Part shown: in pieces, positions 19,935 through 30,663 of the stretch | Layout: each line of letters begins with the position of its first letter | Position numbering within the stretch: position 1 is the first letter of the stretch | NCBI RefSeq assembly: GCF_002087085.1 | Contig: NZ_MWQY01000001.1 | Span: 186,001-250,000 of the forward strand | Direction: 5' to 3' | Length of the DNA: 64,000 nucleotides | The notes under the pieces: generated by a model | What the model was told of the DNA's origin: nothing | What the model saw: only the letters and a program-made list of their open reading frames with translations | Databases searched by the model: none | Program-made: the position numbers and the translations under genes

Positions 19935-20623
19935 GAATGCCGCGGGTGAAAAAGAATGTACAGAGCTGGAGCCTCCTGTCAGCAGTTCCTGTGCTGCTGA
20001 GTCTGATGATGCTCGCCTGTCCGGTTACTCCGAAACAGGCTGATGATGCTCTGGTCGGCAAAGATGGATTTGAAGAGGTCGAGGAGCTTTTTCTCCAGGG
20101 GGATGAGGAGGGGACGGTCCTCTTCACGACCAGTGATTCAGCCTGGTGGAGCCCCCTGGGCTATACCCTGTGGGCCCTGAACGGAGAGGTCCAGCAACCT
20201 TTTGTCTTTCGTGAAGTGAAGTGCAGCAAGATCTCCGGCGCCGCCGGAGCGGGATACGGTATTGTTTTCTGCCACTATGAGAGCAGCGATCCGGATACGG
20301 GAGAGACTATGCTGACGGTGATGATAAACACCCTGGGGGAGTACATCCTGGGCGAGGTCGTGGAGGACAGGTTTTACGGGTTTGTCCCCTGGAGGGAATC
20401 GGAGTATCTGAAGAAGGGATACAACCAGGGAAATGTCGTGGGGCTGCGCTGGGATTCCGGAGAGTCCCGTTTTGAACTGAGTTTCAACGGAACCCCCGAA
20501 ATCACCTTCTCCGATGAGGTCGAACCGCTGCACGGAGGGGGAGAAAACGGGTACCTCGTTGTCATTTCCCCTGCGGATATCTTTCCGGCGAATCCTGTTC
20601 AGGTGGTTTTTACCGAGCAGTAG
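19931..20623 (+). CDS. Lipoprotein with ConA/DUF1080-like beta-sandwich
   Basis: LMMLA|C lipobox; GYGIVF, VMINTLGEY, GNVVGLRW and FELSFNG pattern. Confidence 0.65.
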   Translation: MRMPRVKKNVQSWSLLSAVPVLLSLMMLACPVTPKQADDALVGKDGFEEVEELFLQGDEEGTVLFTTSDSAWWSPLGYTLWALNGEVQQPFVFREVKCSKISGAAGAGYGIVFCHYESSDPDTGETMLTVMINTLGEYILGEVVEDRFYGFVPWRESEYLKKGYNQGNVVGLRWDSGESRFELSFNGTPEITFSDEVEPLHGGGENGYLVVISPADIFPANPVQVVFTEQ

Positions 20624-20652
20624 TGGAAAAAGTGAAAATAAGGAAAACGTGC

Positions 20653-23600
20653 ATGAACATAAAAAAACGGCTGACAGCCTTTCTGTTGCTTGAATGCTTT
20701 CTTGTCGGGACTGTGGCACCACCGGTGTATGCCGAGGCGCCGCGACAGGAGGTGCTGCCCGGCACTCCATGCAAATGGACCGTGCCGGTTCAGGAGGAAT
20801 CCGGCTTTCTGGGGGAGTTCTGTGTCAGCCCTGAATCCGGGGGAGAGTATATCTCCGATACGGTCTCCCTTCTTGTCCCGCCGGGGGCGGTGGAAAATCC
20901 CGTGATGATTCGAATCGAAAAGTTGAGTCTGGTGGAGGGGCTGCCTGCCGGTATGTCGAACCTCAGCTCCGGCGCGGCGGGGTACCGTTTTCTGCCGGAA
21001 AACCAGAGTTTCCTGAGGGCGGTAAAGGTGACCCTGCCTTTTGACCGGAGGATCCTTGAGTCGGAAACAGCCCTCTCCAACCTCTATACCTGGTATTACG
21101 ACAGGCGGGAATCCCGCTGGAGGAGGCTTGAACGCTGGAGGGTCGATCGACAAAAGGCGACGATAACCAGCCTGACGACCCACTTTACCGATATGATAAC
21201 TTCCACCCTGACCCTGCCGGAGGGGCCGCAGGCTGTTGATTTTAATGTAAACAGCATAAAGGACCTGAAGGCTGCGGACCCCACGGCGGGTGTCCCACGG
21301 ATTCAGGGACTTGATGCAGCCGGCATGGGAGATGCGGGGTTCTCGCTGCCCTTACGGGTACCTACGGGCAGGGGAGCAGTGACGCCGAAACTCGCCCTGA
21401 CCTACAGCAGTGAACATCAGAACGGCTGGATGGGACGGGGATTCGATATCGGGGTTTCATCGGTTGCCATAGATACACGTTTCGGATTACCGGAGTACGG
21501 CGGAGAAGACATCTTCGCAATAGATGGAGAAGAGCTTGTTGCCACCGGAGAGATGGAGGATGGAGCGTTAAAATATCAGCGTCGAAAAGAGGGCAGTTTT
21601 GAAAGAATCCTCTGGTTTGTGAACGATGACCGGCGCTGGGAAATTACGGACAAAAATGGTACCACCCGGGTGTATGGAACAACAGACAGCTGGATCGGAC
21701 CGGACCGCAGGGACCGTACAAAAATCTATTGCTGGTATTTGAGCAGGGTGATCGACGCCAACGGGAATACCGCGGATTACATGTATACCCGGGATGAGAT
21801 AAACAGCGCTGTCTATCTGCGGGAGATCCGTTATTCGGGACACGAAGAGACCGGCGAAGAGGGCCTCTACCGGGTACGCTTTGACCTGGACCTCAGCAGC
21901 GGTGCCCGGCCGGACCGGCGCAGCGAGGCCCGGGGGGGCTTTGTCTCGAAGCTTGCAGGGCTGTTGCGGGGGGTGGAGATCTCCTGTGACGGATTGCTTT
22001 TCCGGCGCTATGAGTTCAGCTATGAACAGAACATATTCGGTCAGACCCAGCTGATCGAAACAGCCGAGTATGACGGAGGGGATCAGCGTTTCTACTGCTA
22101 TGGATTTGAGTATCACAGCCCGAAGCAGCAGGAAGACGGTTATACCGGGTTTGAGGAGACCTCGGTCAGCCTTGGGTATCCGGAGCAGGTTCCTGCCCTG
22201 CAGAAGGATCGCTCCCTTAGCCTCGGAGGGAGCCTCTATACGGGGGTTACCCTGCGGCGACCGAAGATCGATTTCTGGGGAGGCCTTAAATGGGTCGTTG
22301 CCGCCAACTTCGGACTGCGGGCGGGAATGTCCTCATCCTCCGGCAGGACCGAGATTTCTCTTCTGGACCTGAGCGGTGATGGCCTCGCGGATATCGTGCT
22401 CTCCAAGGGAAAAAAGGCTGTCTGTATTCCCAACCGGGGGGACTACTTTGATTTTGAGAATACCATCAATTTCGGACGCCTGCCGCGGGAGGTAAACGAG
22501 AATGACTCGACTTCCTGCGATATAGGGCTTTCTGTCGGGGTTTTCCCCCTGTCCGGATCGACCACCTGGCAGTGGGGTAGTTCAAAAACGAAAAGCAGTT
22601 ACAGTGATCTGGACGGCGACGGCTTTGTGGATTTTATAGCCTCTGATGAATCAGGGTACAGGAAAAATCAGCAGGGTACCGGTTTTACGGATGGACAGCT
22701 TCGCACATCCGGGGTCTCCGGTGAGATTGTCGAGATTTCCGAAAACGAACTCAGGAGCCTTGAAAACAGCTATTATATTCAGGAACCCCTCAGGCGCTGG
22801 AAGGCTTATCGCTCAGGAACAGTCAGAGTGGAGAATGAGTTTTCCTGTGCCGATACCGCCTGGGCGGATCAGCGGAACGAAAGCGCCTGGACCCGCACTC
22901 CGGATACCGCGCACAATGTCTCCTTTACCCGGGCCGGGCCGTCCGAGGATGCTCAGACAATTGATACTGTTTCAATAAATGCCGGAGAATCAATCTACTT
23001 TCACCTGGATACCAGGGGGGAGCCCCGGGGAGATGATCTTACCTGGCGTTCAAGGGTGAGTTATCGGGATATCGAGTATTTTGAGGACTGGGAACAGTAC
23101 GGCGATTTCCTGACGCCACCCTACGAGTATGAACACCTTCCTGACAGTGATTTTGATGAAATCTACAACTGGACCTGTATAACAGATCCGAATGATTCAG
23201 AGCAGACGATCAGCGTCTATCACCGCATAAGCAACTGGAAAGATATCGCGAAAAGCGATGCAGGGGTCGCGAATGCCCTGATTCGGGAAGGCTTTATCAG
23301 CCTGCCGCGGATTCCCGCACAGCTGTATCAGCGTCTCATGACCATGGCGGGGACACGAATGGAGGTCAGGGACCTCATGTCCGGCGGCCGCAAGGTTTAT
23401 CCGTCGGAACGATACCGGCTGTTCTATGCTTATACCCTGGCCCCGGAGGAGAACATGTATTACCGCACAGGCACAGATGGAGAGGCTGTTGCCCGGCAGT
23501 ATCTTGATGACCTGTGCGATCAGGTCGGAACCGCAGCGGTGCGAAACCTGCTTCGTCCAAGCTTCCTTGAAGGTGAACGTATGTATCTTGAACACGACGG

Positions 23601-26600
23601 TTCCGCCCGCTCGTATACCCGCTCTGCTCCTGCTGTTTTCCTGACAGCTGAAATAATAGATGCCGAAGATAGCACCGGAGTCCTCGGGGAACAGAGTCTT
23701 TCCGGCGGGATTGTCCTTGACCGTACCCATGATTCAGCGGGTGAAGAGCTTCTCTATTCCCATGTTCTTATCCCCGGTGAATCGGGATTTCGCCTCGTAC
23801 GGCGGGAGGGAAATACCGATACAGTGCTCGATTCAGCCCGGGTAAACAGCAGCGCTTCCGGCATCAGTGTCGATCTTCCGGAAGACGGTGTTTCCCGTCG
23901 CTTTGTACTGGGCGGCGGCACCTCCCTGATCAGAAGGCTCCCGGAAGCGGCTTTTGAAGGGGTTTTGACAGAAAGTCTGCTTGCAGGAGAGGAGTTCAGG
24001 GCGGATGATCTATTTCCCCTTGACGGCAGCCTCTGGAACGCCGTTTTAGCAGAAGCTGACCTGACCGCGGCGGAAGAGGCGGAGTACGCCGCGGCCTTTG
24101 TGTACGATGAGCAGAACGATTCCTACACCCCGCAGCCTGATATGGATGATGATCTGTATCTCTCATTCCTTAAGCTCCTGGACCGGCAGTCTGACAACGG
24201 ACTTTCTGCTCTGGATACGCTTCCTGAGGAGAATGCCTTTCGTATCGTTCTGTTCAGTACGGAGGAGTACGCCGTGTTTCTGTCCGCTCAGGATCCCGAT
24301 ACGGCCGCCGTCATACAGGACTGCTTTACCCGGTATTCCGAGCCCGAGGCTGTACATTGGTACGCCCTGTCCGAACATTTGAGTTCTCACGAGTCATCAG
24401 CCATGGTCGATGCTCTCCGGCGTTACCGGGTAATGGATGAGCTTTTACCCTGGTACCGGGATGACGGGGAGTATTACCTGCTCGACGAGGCCGTTAGCTC
24501 AGGCAGTGATGAAGCGAACCAGATTTCAGCAGCCCTTGAAAAAGTCGGGCTGAGCGTATGGACGCGTCTTGAACGGAGCATACGCTACAGCTCCGACGGG
24601 AGTTTCAGTGTGGAAGATATCGGGACTGTCGATGCTGAAGGGCTTGAAGCCTTTTGTCCCCTTCCGACTGAAGGACCGGCAGGCCTGGTCCCGGCCGGAA
24701 GGATCCGGATTCCTGTGTACGATTATGAAGGCGTGTGCCGGCTGAAGGTGATCGATATACGTCAGGCGGATTCGGAAATCGATTATTCCCCTGAGAACAG
24801 GGTGGATTACTCATTTCTGGAGAGCATCGATCTTGGTGATTTTGATGGTGGTGCAGGAGGCTCGTCGAGCAACGTTGACACCAGCGCCGTGGAAAACACA
24901 GAATACCATCAGGAAAGCTTTGCAGGCGGCACATATGGCTGGTTTTACGGGGCCTGGACAGGGAACTACCTCTGGGATGAGAATGAGCTTTTCAAAGCCC
25001 GGGCCGATGAACACAGCCCGGATCAGTATACTGAAACCTCTACGCCGCCGCCCCCCAGTTTTCTTCCCCTCAACAAAAATGAAAAAGATGAAAACCGGAT
25101 CATCAGGACGGACGGAAAAGAGGAGATGCGCGAAGTTTCCCCTGAGGCCTGGATCGGTGTGGACAACAGCTATTCGGATTCCGAATGGCGTGATGACGGT
25201 TCGGTCAGCTACACAGAATATACCTTTGCTCCCTATATTGACGGTCAGTTCTTTCATCCGGCCCGGGTGGGAGGCGACAGCTACTACCGAGCACCCGGGA
25301 CCGGAACCATGGTCGGGGACGGCTGCCTCTCGACTTTACGAAAAGGAAAAAACTCAGGACAGGACAACAGTTTTTCCATTGCAGGCGGCCTGTATCTGGG
25401 CAGCCGGAATAGCAGTGAATCCTGGCTGTACAAGGATTTCCTGGATATTAACGGCGACTGCTACCCGGATGTAATCTACTTTCCATCGGAGGGTGGAAAA
25501 TCGGTGCAGGTAATGTACGGTGCTGTCGATGAGGATGGGGCGTTCTCTCTCGGAGATACCGTCCCCTGGACTGCCGCATTCGACTATCTCAGCTTTAGCG
25601 AGAACAACACTGAGGGCTTCGGTGCTTCACCCCTGGCAGCGGTTGGGGCAATTAAGAACCTCTATATCGACGGAAAACAGGTGTCCTCGGGAATCGCAGC
25701 TCCCTTAGGCCTCAGTATCAACGGAACGGCCTCCTCGACCACCCGGCGTATGGCTCTGCGGGACATCAACGGCGACGGGCTTCCTGACCAGCTGCGTCGG
25801 GACGGAACCGGAGCACTCCTGGCTGCAATCAATACCGGAGAAGGTTTTGCTCCCGTGAATACTTTTGCAGGAGGCCTTGATGTTGACTTTTTTACCAGCC
25901 CCGGCGATTTTACAGGTGCAACTGATTCCCGGGGACTTTATTACGGAAATGTCGGGAGCTTCGGCGGGACCGTATCGGTGGGGTTCGGGAACCCCAGCGT
26001 TTCCATCGGCGCAAGCTGCGGCCTGACCGGGAATGCCAACCGAAGCTTGTTCCGTCTGGCGGATGTGAACGGCGACGGACTGCCTGATCAGGTGGCAAAA
26101 CGAGCTGAAGATGACTACTTTGAGGTTCTGTTTAACCTTGGTGACTCCTTTGCATCAGAGAGTGTCAGAATTTACCGGGACGACTGGACTAATCTGGACT
26201 TAAAAGAGGCTATGCGGGAATCCCTGAACAGCCAGATATCTTCTGCAATCAATACCTTTACCGGTCTGTCCGTGCCGACCCGTCTTCCGGGGTTTGACAT
26301 CGATCCGGCTTCCCTGGAGTTTGAAGACAGGCTTGGAATAGAACTGAATCCTTTCAACATCGATGATACCCTGGAGTATGCTGCCGGTCTCTCTCTTTCT
26401 CTCAATTCTTCTCTGACCATTTCCATTCCCCTGTGGTATCCGGTTCTCAGCTTCGACATCTCCCCCGGGGTAAACGGATCCTATGTCAATACTGCGGCGA
26501 CTCTGAAGTTTCAGGATATTACCGGGGACGGGCTGCCGGATCACGTACTCCGGGTCCCCGGAGAAAACAGGGTGCGGGTCATGGAGAACAGGCTGGGGCA

Positions 26601-29600
26601 TGCGGGGCTCCTGAAAACCATACGATCCCCCTTCGGAGGGGTCACAGAAATCAGCTACAGAAGAGCAGGCAACACCGTCGCCATGCCGCAGAACAGGTGG
26701 GTTCCGGAAAGGATCAGCGTGAATGACGGCTTCCAGGACGATCCCGACAGACCGGGAGAGCATTGTTACGTACAGTCCTTTGAGTTCAGAGATGGTTTCT
26801 ATGACCGGCGGGAACGCCTTTTTTGCGGATTCGGTACAGTCAGAATCACCCGGTTCGAATCCCGCCAGTCCAGCGATCCCGGTGACTGGGACATTGCTTC
26901 GGTAACGGAGGACACCTATGCCCTTAACCCCGCTTATGACGATAACATCTATCGCCGGGGGCTCCTTACCCGCCGCGCCGTTTACGACAGACACCCGGAG
27001 GATTCCGGGGCTCTTCTTTACAGCGAAAAGATCTGTACGTATGACCTGGTTCCCCTTACAGACAGGAGTCGCTTTCCGCAGCTCTCCAGGGAGACCGAAC
27101 GGCTCTATTCTCCGGAAGACCAGACCTGCATCGAAAAGCTGATCGAATACCGCAGGTACAATGAGTACGGCAACGTGGAACTTCTAACCGACTATGGCTC
27201 GGCCCGCGACCCTGACGATGACATGACAGCGGAGATTTTCTACGCTGAACCGGACTCAGGCCGCTACCTGCATGCCCATCCCCAATCCATTGAAGTGCGG
27301 GGCAGCGATGATACCCTGCTGCGCCGCCGTTTCGGGGGTTACGACAGATCCCGGGGAAACCTGATCAGACTGGACCAGTACAGCAGCGAAAACCGGTGGT
27401 CCACCCATTTGCTGGAGTGGGATCGCTATGGGAATCTGATCCGCATGGAAGGCCCCCGGGGACATGCTGTTGAGATAGACTATGATGACGCGGTCCATAC
27501 CTACCCGGTGAGCATCCGCAGTCTGAATGACCGGGTCGCCTTTACCCCGAGCTATTCCAGCTCATTGGAGTGGGATTACCGTTACGGCAAAGAGCTTGTC
27601 CTGACCGATCAGAACGCCAATGTACAGACCCGTTCGTATGACAATTTCGGGCGGCTCACGGAAGTATGGAGTCCCTATGATACCGGAACCCGGCCGGCAG
27701 TCGCCTTTGATTACCGCAGCGATGCATTCCCCTGGCAGGCGGTGACTCTCAACAAGGTAAGTCACGATCCTGTCTCCGAAGACGACCTGCTGACAGCCGT
27801 AACCAGCGACGGGCTGGGGCGGATTATCCAGACAGCGAGGGAAGGAGAGGTTCATACCAAAGGGACCGGCTGGAACTGCTCAGGCGCTATAGTCTTTGAC
27901 GGAGCAGGGCGTGTCGTGCAGGAAGGGCAAACGGTCTTTACGGGGGGAACGGGCGAATTTTTTTCAAACCTTCCGCCCCTGGCGGGCCTCAAGAATCCAA
28001 CCGGCACAAGCTACGACCCCCTGGACCGGGTAGTCAGTATCGTGCTGCCCGATGATCCTGAGGACCCGGAGGATGACGCAATTATCTCGGTCAGCTACCG
28101 GGTGGAAGCGGCCAATCTGCTGGAGATAAAAACAGACCCCCTGGGAAATATCACCGAAACAATCAAGGACCCCCGGGGAAACATCCGGGAACTGAGAAAG
28201 AAGGCCCCCGGGGGAGAGCTCCTGAAGAGGGCAAGCTATGAGTACTCAGCCTTGAACGAGCTGATCCGCAGCCTTGAATACCAGCTGGAAACAGGAATAT
28301 CATATCCCGTGGACTACGCCTACGATCTGGCAGGCCGAAGAACCCTCATCGAAAGCCCGGACGCCGGGAGAATTACCTTTGAGTATGATGAAGCCGGTAA
28401 CCCGTTAAAAAAGGTGGATTCCAGGCTGCGGGCAAAAGGACAATCCATCCGCTACAGCTACGACGGACACAACCGGCTCATCCGAATAGAATATCCTGAA
28501 ACGGCAGACACCACATTTGAATACGGCACAGGCAGCCAGACTGATGAGAACCAGGCCGGGCGCCTTGTACGGCGGAGCGACTCCTCCGGTACCATCGAGT
28601 ACCGCTACGGAAAACTCGGTGAAGTGCTTTTTGCGGGCCGCAGCTTAAATCGCCTCTCCCCCGGAGCCCCTGCGAAGAGTGCGGAGACAGGCTTTGTCTG
28701 CGACTACCTGGGTCGCCTTGAATCAATTACGTACCCGGATACGGAGGTCGTCAGCTACAGCTACACCGCCGGCGGCCAGGTAAATCACGTGGAAGGCGTC
28801 AGCAAAGGAACGACCACCGTATACATAGAAGAGATCGGCTACGACGAGTACGGACAGCGGGTATATATGGAGTACGGCAACAAAGTTGTAACCGAGTACA
28901 GCTATAATCCCTGGAGGCGCTGGCTCGACACCATCGTAACCACCAATCCCGGCGGCTGCCGGGAGTATCAGAACATCGAGTACAGTTTTGACCCCGTGGG
29001 TAACATCGAGGGCTACAGAAACGAGGTCTACGGTTACAGAACCGAACAACAGTACAGCTACGACGCCCTGAACCAGCTTGTGAGTGCAGGCGGGACCTAC
29101 GAACATACCCCCTACAACACCCAGGTTGACTATACCTCCCGTTACAGCCAGGAGTATGACTTTGATTCCCTGGGGAACTTCAGCCGAAAGACCTCGAGTC
29201 AAGGCTACTCACCGAACCGAACCCCCATGGGTTCTCTGAATTACAACCTTGAGTATCGCTACTGGGAGGGAAAATCCCACAGGGTACAGTGGGTCGGCAA
29301 TACCCACTACAGCTACGACGCCAATGGAAACATAATAGAAGAACGGGAAGGCGGCCCCTCAGTCGAAGCAACCGCCGGAATCTCTGCCCTGGTGAAGGAC
29401 GGAGTCTTGCGATCGGTTAACCGCGGCTTTGCCCTGATACGGAATCCCGATGAGAGCGAAGAGACCGTCGCCATGCGAAGCTATGAGTGGGACGAGGAGA
29501 ACCGCCTGACCGGCTACGCTGACAGGCGGGTGAACATGGCCTACACCTATGACGCCGATAACCAGCGGACAGTGAAGTACCACATACAGGCAGGAGAAGA

Positions 29601-30660
29601 GACCCTCTATTTTGACCAGTTCTGGCAGGGGGTAAACGAGGACAGCGACTTCCGCCAGTCCAAGCACATCTACCTGGGGGAAACGCGCATTGCAACACGT
29701 TTAAACCTGGAATCCCGGAACGGAAGTACCGATAACAGCTATGAACTTGCGAACACCTACTACTACCATCCGGATCATCTGGGAAGCGCCCATTTCGTGA
29801 CCGACCGGCATGGAGGCCGGTACGAGCACATGGAATACACGCCTTACGGAGAGCTGTGGGAGGAACAGGTATCCGACAGCCACGACATGATCCCCTTCCG
29901 CTTTACCGCAAAGGAGTGGGACGAAGAGACCGGGCTGTATTACTACGGTGCCAGGTACCTTGATCCCAAGCGGGGGAGGTGGTTGAGTGCGGATCCGGCG
30001 GGACCGGAACTGGGGGATCCGAACAGGGAGGGGTTTTCTATTGTAGAAGCGGCGAATTGGTATAGTTATGTGAGTAATAATCCGGTGATGTATGTTGATC
30101 CTACGGGATTAGAAAGCGCCGATGCAGCAAAACATTGGTACAACGCAATCTATGAACAGAATAAGGGATGGGAAATAACTCAAGATTATGGCTCTGCTGA
30201 AATGGCATCAATGGGATACTACCCAAAATCTAATGGGATTCATACAGGTGTCGATCTGAAGAAGACAGATGACTTAGGAAATAACGTAACAACAGGTACA
30301 CCTATTTTTCCGGATCGACCGGGTAAAATTAAATATATTAGAGATGAAGATCCAGGCTGTGGATTTGGTAAGTATGTCGGAATTGAAAGTGAGGATGGAT
30401 CTAATATTGAGGTACTTGCTCACTTAGATTCCATCGCTCCTGAAATTAGAGTAGGTTTCTACGTTGATAAAACGACTTCTGTGGGAACAGGTGGAAATAC
30501 TGGGAATTCAACAGGGCCACATTTACATAAACAAGTACAGCGAGATGTTCTAAAAAATGGAAGGACTCCTGGGATGGGTGCTGATGGAAATGTCGTTCAA
30601 AGTATGAGTAATTATGACAGAATTACTATTCCAGTATCAAAATCATGGTTTATGAGGTAA
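20653..30660 (+). CDS. Giant TcB-TcC-like Rhs polymorphic toxin: signal peptide, ZU5-like, SpvB, FG-GAP, TcdB-midN, YD repeats, Rhs core, M23 peptidase tip
   Basis: SpvB-like GDAGFSLPLRVPTGRGAVTPKLALTYSS; six DxxGD repeats; DGFYDRRERLFCGFG; YD repeats; YYYHPDHLGS...ETGLYYYGARYLDP...NPVMYVDPTGL; then HTGVD and GPHLH. ATG 20653 preferred over GTG 20623. Confidence 0.93.
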   Translation: MNIKKRLTAFLLLECFLVGTVAPPVYAEAPRQEVLPGTPCKWTVPVQEESGFLGEFCVSPESGGEYISDTVSLLVPPGAVENPVMIRIEKLSLVEGLPAGMSNLSSGAAGYRFLPENQSFLRAVKVTLPFDRRILESETALSNLYTWYYDRRESRWRRLERWRVDRQKATITSLTTHFTDMITSTLTLPEGPQAVDFNVNSIKDLKAADPTAGVPRIQGLDAAGMGDAGFSLPLRVPTGRGAVTPKLALTYSSEHQNGWMGRGFDIGVSSVAIDTRFGLPEYGGEDIFAIDGEELVATGEMEDGALKYQRRKEGSFERILWFVNDDRRWEITDKNGTTRVYGTTDSWIGPDRRDRTKIYCWYLSRVIDANGNTADYMYTRDEINSAVYLREIRYSGHEETGEEGLYRVRFDLDLSSGARPDRRSEARGGFVSKLAGLLRGVEISCDGLLFRRYEFSYEQNIFGQTQLIETAEYDGGDQRFYCYGFEYHSPKQQEDGYTGFEETSVSLGYPEQVPALQKDRSLSLGGSLYTGVTLRRPKIDFWGGLKWVVAANFGLRAGMSSSSGRTEISLLDLSGDGLADIVLSKGKKAVCIPNRGDYFDFENTINFGRLPREVNENDSTSCDIGLSVGVFPLSGSTTWQWGSSKTKSSYSDLDGDGFVDFIASDESGYRKNQQGTGFTDGQLRTSGVSGEIVEISENELRSLENSYYIQEPLRRWKAYRSGTVRVENEFSCADTAWADQRNESAWTRTPDTAHNVSFTRAGPSEDAQTIDTVSINAGESIYFHLDTRGEPRGDDLTWRSRVSYRDIEYFEDWEQYGDFLTPPYEYEHLPDSDFDEIYNWTCITDPNDSEQTISVYHRISNWKDIAKSDAGVANALIREGFISLPRIPAQLYQRLMTMAGTRMEVRDLMSGGRKVYPSERYRLFYAYTLAPEENMYYRTGTDGEAVARQYLDDLCDQVGTAAVRNLLRPSFLEGERMYLEHDGSARSYTRSAPAVFLTAEIIDAEDSTGVLGEQSLSGGIVLDRTHDSAGEELLYSHVLIPGESGFRLVRREGNTDTVLDSARVNSSASGISVDLPEDGVSRRFVLGGGTSLIRRLPEAAFEGVLTESLLAGEEFRADDLFPLDGSLWNAVLAEADLTAAEEAEYAAAFVYDEQNDSYTPQPDMDDDLYLSFLKLLDRQSDNGLSALDTLPEENAFRIVLFSTEEYAVFLSAQDPDTAAVIQDCFTRYSEPEAVHWYALSEHLSSHESSAMVDALRRYRVMDELLPWYRDDGEYYLLDEAVSSGSDEANQISAALEKVGLSVWTRLERSIRYSSDGSFSVEDIGTVDAEGLEAFCPLPTEGPAGLVPAGRIRIPVYDYEGVCRLKVIDIRQADSEIDYSPENRVDYSFLESIDLGDFDGGAGGSSSNVDTSAVENTEYHQESFAGGTYGWFYGAWTGNYLWDENELFKARADEHSPDQYTETSTPPPPSFLPLNKNEKDENRIIRTDGKEEMREVSPEAWIGVDNSYSDSEWRDDGSVSYTEYTFAPYIDGQFFHPARVGGDSYYRAPGTGTMVGDGCLSTLRKGKNSGQDNSFSIAGGLYLGSRNSSESWLYKDFLDINGDCYPDVIYFPSEGGKSVQVMYGAVDEDGAFSLGDTVPWTAAFDYLSFSENNTEGFGASPLAAVGAIKNLYIDGKQVSSGIAAPLGLSINGTASSTTRRMALRDINGDGLPDQLRRDGTGALLAAINTGEGFAPVNTFAGGLDVDFFTSPGDFTGATDSRGLYYGNVGSFGGTVSVGFGNPSVSIGASCGLTGNANRSLFRLADVNGDGLPDQVAKRAEDDYFEVLFNLGDSFASESVRIYRDDWTNLDLKEAMRESLNSQISSAINTFTGLSVPTRLPGFDIDPASLEFEDRLGIELNPFNIDDTLEYAAGLSLSLNSSLTISIPLWYPVLSFDISPGVNGSYVNTAATLKFQDITGDGLPDHVLRVPGENRVRVMENRLGHAGLLKTIRSPFGGVTEISYRRAGNTVAMPQNRWVPERISVNDGFQDDPDRPGEHCYVQSFEFRDGFYDRRERLFCGFGTVRITRFESRQSSDPGDWDIASVTEDTYALNPAYDDNIYRRGLLTRRAVYDRHPEDSGALLYSEKICTYDLVPLTDRSRFPQLSRETERLYSPEDQTCIEKLIEYRRYNEYGNVELLTDYGSARDPDDDMTAEIFYAEPDSGRYLHAHPQSIEVRGSDDTLLRRRFGGYDRSRGNLIRLDQYSSENRWSTHLLEWDRYGNLIRMEGPRGHAVEIDYDDAVHTYPVSIRSLNDRVAFTPSYSSSLEWDYRYGKELVLTDQNANVQTRSYDNFGRLTEVWSPYDTGTRPAVAFDYRSDAFPWQAVTLNKVSHDPVSEDDLLTAVTSDGLGRIIQTAREGEVHTKGTGWNCSGAIVFDGAGRVVQEGQTVFTGGTGEFFSNLPPLAGLKNPTGTSYDPLDRVVSIVLPDDPEDPEDDAIISVSYRVEAANLLEIKTDPLGNITETIKDPRGNIRELRKKAPGGELLKRASYEYSALNELIRSLEYQLETGISYPVDYAYDLAGRRTLIESPDAGRITFEYDEAGNPLKKVDSRLRAKGQSIRYSYDGHNRLIRIEYPETADTTFEYGTGSQTDENQAGRLVRRSDSSGTIEYRYGKLGEVLFAGRSLNRLSPGAPAKSAETGFVCDYLGRLESITYPDTEVVSYSYTAGGQVNHVEGVSKGTTTVYIEEIGYDEYGQRVYMEYGNKVVTEYSYNPWRRWLDTIVTTNPGGCREYQNIEYSFDPVGNIEGYRNEVYGYRTEQQYSYDALNQLVSAGGTYEHTPYNTQVDYTSRYSQEYDFDSLGNFSRKTSSQGYSPNRTPMGSLNYNLEYRYWEGKSHRVQWVGNTHYSYDANGNIIEEREGGPSVEATAGISALVKDGVLRSVNRGFALIRNPDESEETVAMRSYEWDEENRLTGYADRRVNMAYTYDADNQRTVKYHIQAGEETLYFDQFWQGVNEDSDFRQSKHIYLGETRIATRLNLESRNGSTDNSYELANTYYYHPDHLGSAHFVTDRHGGRYEHMEYTPYGELWEEQVSDSHDMIPFRFTAKEWDEETGLYYYGARYLDPKRGRWLSADPAGPELGDPNREGFSIVEAANWYSYVSNNPVMYVDPTGLESADAAKHWYNAIYEQNKGWEITQDYGSAEMASMGYYPKSNGIHTGVDLKKTDDLGNNVTTGTPIFPDRPGKIKYIRDEDPGCGFGKYVGIESEDGSNIEVLAHLDSIAPEIRVGFYVDKTTSVGTGGNTGNSTGPHLHKQVQRDVLKNGRTPGMGADGNVVQSMSNYDRITIPVSKSWFMR

Positions 30661-30663
30661 CAA

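Noticed and set aside
20653..30660. Reading the giant ORF as an insecticidal Tc toxin or T6SS effector
   Set aside because: No TcA, PAAR, VgrG or Hcp in the window; it has a signal peptide, a peptidoglycan-type payload and an immunity-like partner. Genes elsewhere in the genome cannot be excluded.
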